Positions 14,990 to 24,478 of a DNA stretch of 64,000 nt are shown here, one piece after another. This stretch comes from Vicugna vicugna (lineage: Eukaryota), in NCBI GenBank assembly GCA_013265495.1, contig MU058045.1, forward strand, positions 443,241 through 507,240. The letters are read 5' to 3'. Position 1 is the first letter of the stretch. Each line of letters starts with the position of its first letter. Under the pieces are notes generated by a model. That model was not told the origin of the DNA. It made no database searches and saw nothing but the letters and a program-made list of their open reading frames with translations. Both the position numbers and the translations under genes were made by a program.

Positions 14990-15170
14990 GGAGCTCAGAG
15001 CAGATACCAGGCACCATGCCTGCATTATCTCGATTCATCCTCATTCACAGAAACCCCATAAAGTAGGTATTATTTTTCACGTTTTACAGACAAGGACACT
15101 AAAGCACACTGGGGGGTGACTTGCCCACAGTCACTCAGCTAGTATTTGGGATTCTGAGTCTCAGCTCTAG
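14990..15170. mobile_element. MIR SINE
   Basis: MIR core text (CCCATAAAGTAGGTATTATT...TTTTACAGACAAGGACACTAAAGC...GTGACTTGCCCACAGTCACTCAGCTAGT). Confidence 0.7.
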
Positions 15171-15390
15171 GCCTCGCGGAGGATGCTACTTGGGGAGCCC
15201 AGCAGGACTGTTCCTGTTGTTAGATCTCTTGATTGTCATCAAGGCAGCCTCCGCAGGTGGGCAGAAGGCTTGGAAGACACAGGTCAGGCTCTAGAGGAAG
15301 GGAAGAGGGAAGTCCTCTCCCAGCTCATAAACTTTCTCAGCAGTGGGGGAGGGTAGTGGAGGAACTCTGTCCCTTTCTCCATTTGTCCTC

Positions 15391-15464
15391 AGAGGGGCCG
15401 AAGGGTCAGTGGCCCTGTCTCCTGCCCTCCTTCTTACCCCTGAGGCAACCTTTAACCCTCCACC
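15391..15464 (+). promoter_or_regulatory. SHBG proximal promoter remnants (nuclear-receptor half-site and TATA-like TTTAACC element)
   Basis: AAGGGTCA 15401-15408 and TTTAACCCTCCACC 15451-15464 resemble the HNF4/COUP-TF footprints of the human liver SHBG promoter (from memory). Confidence 0.5.
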
Positions 15465-15540
15465 AACCATGTGTGAGGCTGCCTGCCCCCATGCTTTCTC
15501 CCCAGAGCTGTCTGAGGCACAGAGAGGACCAAGGCTGATA

Positions 15541-18352
15541 ATGGAGAGCAGAGGACCACTGGCCACATGGTCCTAGCCACGCAGGAAGGGCCCTGAGACA
15601 CACTGTCCCCAGCCAGGTCCAGGGGCAGGACAGGGTGCTCAGCCCCATCTGTGTTTAAATGAGCTACTCTTTGGCTCTACCCTGTTCCTTTCTTTCCTCC
15701 CCTGGCCTTGTAGCAGTGCCTCTCCCTCCCTCCCTCTGTCTCCGGCATGTCCTTATTTCAGCTTGTTTGTTTTCTATCTCTGACAGAGGACTCAGGACCC
15801 TCCTGCTCTACACCTCAGCAATGGCCCAGGACAAGAGCCTGTCACCATCATGACCTTCAGCCTCACCAAGATCACAAAGTATGGGGTTGACCTAATTCCT
15901 TGACCTAGTCCCCTGACCTCACCCTCTCTTCATCATCTCCTTTCTTTTCCATTTCTCCATGCCCTTCTCTCTCCCTGAAGTCCACCTCCCTCAACCTCAC
16001 ATCTACCATCAAAGGGCACACCCCATACCCAGTCCTTCTGTGTCCTTCCAGAACCTCCTCTTCCTATGAGTTTCGCACCTGGGATCCAGAGGGAGTGATT
16101 TTTTATGGTGACACCAACCCAAAGGATGACTGGTTTGTGCTGGGACTTCGGGATGGCAGGCCTGAGGTCCAGCTTCACAATCACTGGGCCCAGCTTACAG
16201 TGGTCACTGGACCCCGGCTGGATGATGGGAGGTGGCACCAGGTAAGCCAGATCTAGTCCTGAGAGAGGGGTGTCTTGAGCTGGTCTACGGAAGGGAACAG
16301 AACCAAGTTACTGGGTATCCCTTTACCATTGTCATCTCATTGAATCCACATAAAAGCCCCATGAAGCTGCTATTCTTGTCTCCATTTTTTTCAAAGAGGA
16401 ATTCTGAGGCTTAGTATATAAGTGACAAGTCCCAAGTGAGCTAGTGATGTTAGCTGACTCTTCAAGTACGTGTTCTTTCTGCCATACAAAGCTGCCTCTG
16501 AAGAAAGTGGTGAAGGCAGGCCTCAGGGGTCCTGGTTCTGCTTCTCTTTTCCTTCCTGCAGTTAGAAGTGAAGATCCATGGGGACTCTGCTGCTGGGGTG
16601 GATGGGGAGGAGGTGCTGCCTGTGTCTGAGACAGGTCTCTGGGCCTCTGGCCAACAAACCCCAGCCCATCATGAGGATCGCGGTGGGGAGGCTGCTGTTC
16701 CCTGCCTCCAACCTCTGGTTACCGGTAACTGCATCACAGGGGTAACCAAAGCTGGTAAAGCTTTGCTGGCTGGGTGGCCATGGGGGTCTAAGTCCACACT
16801 TCATGGAGAGGGGATGGGGTGAGAGCTGCGTAGGGGGAGGCCAAATACTTGTGTCTTGGAGGGGAATAAGCTGAGGGTGGAGAGGCTGGGACTAGGGCTC
16901 AGATGTCCTGATTCCAGCATCCCCACATCTTCCCTTTCCCCCATGGGCTCCAATTGGTCCCTGCCCTGGATGACTGCCTGCACCAGCATGACTGGCTGGA
17001 CCAACAGGCCCAGAGCTCAGCATCTGTCCCCACTGGCCTCAGAAGCTGCTCCGTAGAGTCTCAGCCTGGGATATTCTTCCCTCCAGGGACTGGTGCAGAA
17101 CGCAGTCTTCAAGGTAAAGGCTATCTTTCTCTCCATGACCAGCTTGTATCCATTTCCCTCCACCACTAGCCTCTTCCGTCCACAAATACCCAACCTTGAG
17201 ACCTCAGGAAGATCATTTCTCCCCCCCCGACCCCCCCAGACATTCCCCAGCCTCATGTAGAGCCCTGGGCCTTCTCCCTGGACCTGGGACTCCAGCTAGC
17301 AGCAGGCTCAGGCCCTCTCCTTGCCCTTGGGACCCCAGAAGACCCTCCTCGGCTCAGCCTTCACCTCCAAGATCAAGTAAGAGAGGGATGCTTCCTGTAT
17401 TTGCTGGAGCCTGGAAGCAGTGGGAGAAAAGGGGACTCTAAGAAGTCAATACTAGGAAAGGTTAAGGGTAGGGGTTGGGGGATGGGGGGCCTGCAGAGAC
17501 ACATGTTGAAGCTGCCTACACCAAGCAAATGGCTTTTACTTAAGATTGTATATTTACCTGGGACTTGGGGTGGGTGTGGTTTTATAGAAGGCCAAGCCAG
17601 GAGAATGGAGGCAGGATCGAGGTGGTGAGAATGGCCAGTAATTAGACTGTGTGGCTAAGAGGCAGAATTGAGGCAGCCAGAGTGGGACCACAAGGTTCAC
17701 TCTTTCCTCCCCAACTTGTGTCCCTTCCAATATACTCTGCATAAGGTGGTACTGTCTTCTGGGTCGGGGCCAGAACTGGACCTGCCCCTGGTCTTGGGAC
17801 TCCCTCTTCAGCTGAATCTGACTGTGTCCAGGGTGGTTCTGAGCCAGGGGCCAAAGAAGGAGATGCTTACTCTGCCTCCTGTGGGTCCTGGCTCCCTCTT
17901 CAACCTCTGGGCCCAGCTGCAGGGGCGTCTCTTCCTGGGGGCTTTGCCAGGTAAGAAAGTGATGTTCACGTTTCTCAGCACACCACTGGAAACAGCTAAG
18001 GGGAGGGGAGAAGATGGGAAGGGGTGCATTTTTAGGGGAAGAAAACCTCCGGGAGGGAAGAGGAAAAGGCTACAAGAAGAGAGAGGGTAAGCGGGTAGTG
18101 GGAGGAAGTGCTTTCAAAAATTTAGGTTGGAGAACTGGAAAAGCAGGGAGGAGCTTCTGGATCCAAGCCACCCTAATGTCCCCTCAATGCTACCTCCCTC
18201 TAGGAGAGGCCTCTTCTGCCTCCTTTTGCTTGGATGGCCTTTGGGCACAAGGCCAGAGGCTGGACATGGACCGGGCCTTGAGCAGAAACCAGGACATCTG
18301 GACTCACAGCTGTCCTCAGAGCCCAAGCAATGGCACTGACACCACCTATTAA
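15541..18352 (+). pseudogene. SHBG: Sex hormone-binding globulin, disabled (unitary pseudogene)
   Basis: Eight exons are recognisable: 15541-15616, 15787-15878, 16052-16241, 16562-16724, 16954-17113, 17240-17376, 17743-17950, 18204-18352 (e.g. [34 protein letters not shown]). Lesions: TAG at codon 12 (15574-15576) with the poly-Leu signal core missing; exon 4 of 163 nt (frameshift); acceptors CAA (16951-16953) and CAT (17740-17742) instead of CAG. Confidence 0.9.
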
Positions 18353-18834
18353 ATCCCTACCTAAGAACCCCCTTTGAACGTCACTCATTCATTTATTCAA
18401 CAAATATTTACTGTGCATCTGCAATGTACCAGGTGCTGTGCCAAGCACTGGGTTATACTGATGAGCAATATTAACCCTGCTTCCTGCCCTCTCGGTGCTC
18501 ACGGTCCCCTGGGGGAGGCAGGCATCCATCAAAGCCTAACAAGTGAGTGGATAATTGGAAACTCTGATAAGCATCATAAAGGAGCAGTCAGGGAGCTGAG
18601 AGAGCTTGGAGGCCAGCTGCCTTGACCCGGGTTGGGGGGGAGTCAAGGAGGGCTTTCTGAGGACGTGATGATAGCACCCACAGATACATACACCCCCACC
18701 TCCTTCCCCAGCAGCTATTCCTTTGGGACTTTAGCTTCCTTCCTCTGAGGCTGGTCCCCAGAAATCAGGAGGGAAGGGAAGAAGAGATGGGATTTTGTTG
18801 TCCTTTAGACTAGCCACTGCTATCCAAGAAAGAA

Positions 18835-18848
18835 GCAGCAGGGGGCGT
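18835..18848 (+). promoter_or_regulatory. CTCF-like motif
   Basis: GCAGCAGGGGGCGT, near-consensus. Confidence 0.45.
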
Positions 18849-20493
18849 GAGTGGGTCATAGAAAGATGAGGGCAGGGGTTCTGGGAAAAGGGGTGGAGGC
18901 AGCAGAGAGAAAATAAAAGGGAGGAGAGCAGAGGGAGAAAGCTGCCTGTCTCTCCTAGCCTTGGTGTACTTGCTGCGTTCCCAGAGGAATTTGTCTTTAC
19001 TCCATTAAACAAGAATTGGCTTGTGCTAGTCCCAGCTGGAAAGGACAGATTCAGGAATATCTCTGCCCTCAAAGAATATATGGTGACCCAGCCCTCAGCC
19101 CCCAGACCTCTGCAGAATCCTGGTGCCCCAGCTCCTCCCTGGGGCACCCTTTTGCCCCAGCCCCCAGCTCCCTGGGAAACTTCATGCCCAATCCCCCAGC
19201 CCCTAGCTCCCAGCTCTCAGCCCTCTTGCAAATCCTTACATCCTAGCCCGAAGCTCCCAGCCCCCTAGGGAACTCCAGCCGTCAGTCCCCACCTCTCAGT
19301 CCTCATCCCTCTTAGGAACTGTTAACCTAGCCCCCATCTCCAGACCCCATGGGGATCCTAGTGTGCCAGCTTCCCAGGTGATGAGGATCTTCCTACCAGT
19401 AATCCAGGCAACAGGGTGAGTCACTCACTGGACCTTCTGCCCCCTTTTTGCAGGGATCAGCCAGGACCTAAATGGCTCCAGGGTAAGGAGACTTCCAGAG
19501 AGTCTCAGGGTTGGAAGACACAAATCCTAGGCCCCTCCTTGGACCCTCTTGATCTCAAGTTTGCAAGGTCTATAGCTGCCTCCATCCAGTCAGAGTGTTT
19601 TGCAGGAAAGTCTTCAGCATGGCAAGGGAGCCCCAATTCACCTCTGGTCCCTGGGCAATGTTCAAGGTCAGCCTGGGCCACTTGGACATGTCCATTCAAC
19701 TGACATTTCCTGAGCACCTACTGTATACCAGGCACTGTTCTAGACACAGAGAATGCATTGATGAAAAGGATAGACAGAATCCCTGCCCCTATGAAGCAAG
19801 CTCACAATATAAGGAAGGCAACAGCCAGACAGCTCATAAACAAAAATAAATAAGCAAGGCCATTTCCGATAGTGGGCATCTCCAGAAAGGGAACAGAATC
19901 CTGTAGTAGAAGCAAGGGTGGTAGAGAAGGAGTGACATTACCCAAGTGGTCAGGGAAGGCCTCCCTGAGGCAGTGTCACTTGAGCAGAGACCTGAATAAT
20001 GAAAAGAAACCAGTCCTACGGGGCCTCGGGTATTGGCTAGTGGGGAGAGAGGTTAAAGGGCCTCAGCACACCTGGGATCGCACCAAGGGGGTTGTTCTGA
20101 GTTGTAACTTCCTGGCCTTGAGGAATTTCCCAGGGGCTAGCTTTTCTCTCCTTCCTCCACTCCATCCTGTCCAGGACACCGTGCCCCCAACCTCTCTTTC
20201 TCCAGCCTGCCCTAGATTCCAGGATTCCTGATTACCATCCAGAGCTGTCTACACTCTTTCATTAAGGCCCACCCCCCTACCCCGCTTTGACACAGACTCT
20301 GCCAGGACCCACCAAGGGCACCTACGATGCCTGCCCAGTGTCCTGTACCTCCCCCACACCCCTGAAACCTTTCCAGAGCTTGGCACCATATGCTGCAGCA
20401 TTCAGGCCTGGTCTGCCCACTCACTCTACCCAATGTATTATCACTCTCTTCCCTTCCCCACCTTCCCTTCCTCTCCACCCTCCTCTACCCCTT

Positions 20494-20505
20494 TCTCTCT
20501 TTTTT

Positions 20506-20569
<64 letters not shown>

Positions 20570-20570
20570 T
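20494..20570 (+). repeat. (TTTC)n microsatellite (expanded SINE tail)
   Basis: Directly visible, and abuts the minus-strand SINE. Confidence 0.95.
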
Positions 20571-20688
20571 TGTGGGGGAGGTAATTAGGTTTGTTTGTTT
20601 GTTTATTTTTGGTGGAGGTACAGGGGATTGAACCCAGGATGTCATGCATGCTAAGCAGGCACTCTACCACTGAGTCATACCCTCCCCT
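20571..20688 (-). mobile_element. tRNA-derived SINE (Vic-1-like)
   Basis: GGGGAGGTAATTAGGTTT...GGGGATTGAACCCAGG...CACTCTACCACTGAG. Confidence 0.8.
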
Positions 20689-21901
20689 CTCTTTTCCTTT
20701 CTTTCAACTAACATTTATTGGCTCCTGGCAGTATGCCAAGCATTATGTTAGGTAGTCCACAGGGACTCCAGGGATGAGCAAGAGTTGGTCCTGGCCCTGG
20801 AGAACCAGGGTCTAGGGAGAGAGACACGTAAAATGCATTAATAGGGATTTCTAGGAAGTGCCAGGAACTTGAACAAATAATTAACATCTTTAACTTTCAG
20901 TTTCCCCACCTAGAAAATGGGCCAGTTACCCTACTCATAGGATTACTGGGTTTGGTGAAATCATGTATCAAATGCCTAGCATGGTGCTCGGCATATAAAA
21001 AGCGCCCAGTATATGAGGGATGTTACTCTTGTTGATATCATTAGCCTTGTGCAGAGTTCCTGAAATATGTCTGAGCCTGCCACATACAGAAGATAAGAAA
21101 GGGTGTGTGATGTGTCTGAAGCAGGGACAGGCTGAGATAGAATGAGGGCAGACTGGGGAGGCTCCTTCAGCCATGGGCTGAGAGGTCTTGTATGTCCTGT
21201 TGCGGAGTTGGGGCTTGATCTGGTCAGCAGAGGAACATCAGTGTTTCTTTCCTTTTTTTTTAAATTGTAGTAAAAGACACATAACATAATCTTAACCATT
21301 TTTAAGTGTCCAGTTTGGTGGCATTAAGCTTCACAGTGTTGTAAAATCATCACCACTGTCCATCTTCAGAACTCTTCATCCCTTTGTCCTACAATGACCT
21401 GTATGACCTCTGGCACATCACTCTCGTTTTTTTCTGCATAATATTAACATTATTAAATTTTTTGCTTGTTTTGTTGTTTATTGGAATGGGAGCCCCAGGA
21501 GCATAGGGACCAGAACAGAGCCTGGCTCTGAGCAAATGCTTATTAGATACACGTTGAATGAATGAATGGAAGTTCGGGTTGGACTCTAAAGGGTGGGCAG
21601 TCTTCCAGGACGAGGAAATGAAATGGACAAAGGTGTTAAGACAGCAATAAGCACAGCCTGTCCCAGGAGTGGCCAGCTCAGCTCCAGTGGAGGGCTAGTT
21701 AGGGCCTAGTGGCAAAGGAGGCTGGGGGACACAGACTGGGTCTAGGCTGTGGAGTACCCTGAAGGTTAGACTGAAGAATCAGGACTATTTCCTGCAGGAT
21801 CACAGGAAGCCACTGAAGACCTTTGAGGTGAGGGGTGACCTAATTAAAACTGTATTTTGAGAAAAATAATAATCCTGAACCTGCCGTGGAAGGGACTGAA
21901 G

Positions 21902-22825
21902 TAGGGCCAGCTGCAGAATTTGTGGGACCCAGTGCAAAATGAAAATGTGGAATCTCTTGTTCAAAAAGCAGGAAAAGAGTGATGTTCCAGGTACTAAAAT
22001 AGAAAATGTTTTCCTTTTTTCCATCATCCTTCTCTTGACTTGTCATATTTATTTAATGTTATTCTAAATGAAGCAAATAACATTTTTAAACCTTCAGCTT
22101 ACTGATCAGTACAGAAGGACTGAAAGGAAAGAGAATTATGGGTTGCCTCAGCTTTCCCTTTCTTTCCATGTCATCACTGCCAGCAGAAGCAGTTGCCTAA
22201 ATCAGGGAAGTGACGTGACTGAGAAAGCATGTGATAGGATACCTCGATCACCTATGTCCCCTAGAATGCCATTGCCTTCTTTCTGTGTTCAAAGCAAGTT
22301 CTGTTTATAAAGGAAAGTGTGGTCTCTCAGCTGTCAGTACTCCCACTTATTCAGGTGTAGACATGATATGCTTACCTTACTTACTCTGAGTCTTGCTGAA
22401 CCCCCACACATGGTGGGTCCACCTGAGATCTGTGCTCATGGACCATCACGGATGGCATATTAGACTTATCTCCTCTGCTCACACCCATGCTCCATTGTCC
22501 CACTGGACTTCACTGACAAAGCACAGGTTTGAAGATAAAATTATTAAGAAATTCAAAATGAGGGGAGGATATAGCTCAAGTGATAGAGTGCTTTCTTAGC
22601 ATCCACAAGGTCCTGGGTTCAATCCCCAGTACCTCTTCTTAAAAAAAATAATAAATGAATAAACCTAATTACCTCCCCCATACACACACACAAAATCAAA
22701 GAAAAAAAAACAGAAAGAAAAGAAAGAAATTCAAGATGGTCACCACAGAGCACTAAATCAAGCACAAGGCCACTCCAAGCACCGGCCTTGTCTGAGGACA
22801 TCCCAAGCCCATGAAGCCTGCCCTG
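21902..22825 (-). mobile_element. MER45-family hAT (Tip100) non-autonomous DNA transposon
   Basis: Termini TAGGGCCAGCT... and ...ATGAAGCCTGCCCTG, with the MER45-type subterminal CCCAGTGCAAAATGAAAATGTGG. The 8-bp TSD is GACTGAAG (21894-21901) / GACTGGAG (22826-22833). Confidence 0.8.
22561..22723 (+). mobile_element. tRNA-derived SINE (Vic-1-like) inserted in the MER45 element
   Basis: A box TAGCTCAAGTGA, B box GGTTCAATCC, AAACCTAATTACCTCCCCC and an A-rich tail. The 15-bp TSD is AAGAAATTCAAAATG (22546-22560) / AAGAAATTCAAGATG (22724-22738). Confidence 0.85.
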
Positions 22826-23730
22826 GACTGGAGGGAGAGCTTGAGCGGAAGAGTGGTAAGTCAGAATGGGAGTTCGTGAGGAATAGAGCCAAGGATTTAA
22901 AGTTAGAGCTGAAAGAAGAAAAACCTCTTCAGGGAAAAGCAACAAGATTTGAAGAGAGATGAAAAGACATCGATAATGATTCTTAACACGAGGTTGGTGA
23001 ATGCCCTGGTACCGCCGTGTACTAGACTATGGGTCTCTGGAGCCCTGTGAGAACTGCGACTTTACCTCCCCAGTGCGAGATTGCACAAGGTCTCCAGTAG
23101 GTGCTCAATAAATGTTTGTTGATCCAAATGGGCAAATGAGGAGGGGATTTCAGACATAGGGTTGGGAGGAGGCAGAACATCCAAGAAGATGGGGCTCCAG
23201 GGCTGAGGTCCCAGGGCAACGCTGGGGACTGGGAATGTGCTGTTGGGAGGCTTCATCAAGGGGTATGGTGGGAAGGCAAGGAGTCCCCAAGGAGGCTTGG
23301 GGAGAACCAGGTGGTGGGAGAAGGGGCTATGGGAACAGAGAACGGTGGTGTTGGGGGGATTGGTAGCAGCTCCTACAGGGGGAATTTCCCTCCTGCGGTG
23401 GCCTTTATCCATCTCTGTGTGGCCTGTTCTAGCCCCCATCCCGGCTGGTATAGCACCCCGGCTGGTCTCTTCGATCTGTTTTTCTTGTCCCTGGCCCTTT
23501 CTCTATTCATCTCACATTCTGCCCAGTCTCCTGGATCTTAGTCTCTAACTCTCTGCCTGGGGCCCCCATTTCAGCATATATCTGCTTTCCTCTCCGTCTT
23601 CTGTGTCTCTCTCGGGTTATCTTTTCCTCTACTGCGCCCGGCTCGCCCTCTATTCTCTCCACCCACCCGGATCCAGTCCAGTACCTGCGGTGGGGGTAGG
23701 GAAGAGACCTCTTGGTCTGAAGAGGAGTCA

Positions 23731-23854
23731 GGGGGCGGGCCCAAGCCCTTCCTCCAAATTTGCATACGCATGAGGTCTCCCTGGCCAGCAGCGAGGAGGC
23801 GGGGCTTCTGGGGGTGGGAAGGGGGCTGGCACCCCTGGAGCCGCCGAGTATAAA
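23731..23854 (+). promoter_or_regulatory. ATP1B2 core promoter: GC boxes, octamer and TATA box
   Basis: GGGGGCGGGC 23731-23740, ATTTGCAT 23758-23765, GAGGCGGGGC about 23796, TATAAA 23849-23854, at the start of a CpG island. Confidence 0.75.
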
Positions 23855-24478
23855 GACTGCGCGTCGCGACTGCCGGCCCCGCACTGCTGAGGAGCGAAGC
23901 CTTGCTCTGGGGACCTCCTCATCCCCGCCTGTCCCCCAACTGCGCGTCCCCGCCTCACCCCCGCGTCCAAACTACCGCTGGTGTGGCGGTCTCCGCTCGG
24001 CGGAAGAGCCTTGAGCGGTCACCCAACCCATCTCCACAGCCTCTTTGCATCTCGGATTTCGGGGCGGCCCCTTCCCCCACTTCTCCCTGCCTCACTGCAC
24101 CCCAATTTTTTCTGCGCTTCGCCCGGGTTTTGCAGCCGTCTATTTTTGCATCCCTTTTCGTTTTACTTCTGGGAGGCTTGGGGGTGAAGCTGCGATCGCA
24201 CCCCTTTCCCTTTTTATCTTCCCTTGCTCCGACAACCTCCCTTTTCATCGCAGTCGGGGGGCCTAGAATCTGTGCATCCTACGCTGTAACGCCAGCACCC
24301 CGTGGCGCGTGGTCCTGCACCCCGGAATTTGCAGCAGCTGCATATCTGAGGGGGGTCTCCCTCGCCCCCCTTGCCTTTGATCCCCGCGCGTTAGAGTACG
24401 TGGGGAGGCTTCATCGCGCAGCACCCCGGCTTCTCCGCAGCCCCCCGCCCCGCGCGGGACTCGCCCCCTGCCGTCAAG

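Noticed and set aside
17972..17997. Possible REST/RE1 site (TCAGCAC...ACAGC)
   Set aside because: Spacing and half-sites deviate too much from TTCAGCACCACGGACAG.
22561..22640. tRNA-like A and B boxes suggesting tRNA genes
   Set aside because: They are SINE heads with A-rich tails and TSDs, and form no complete cloverleaf.
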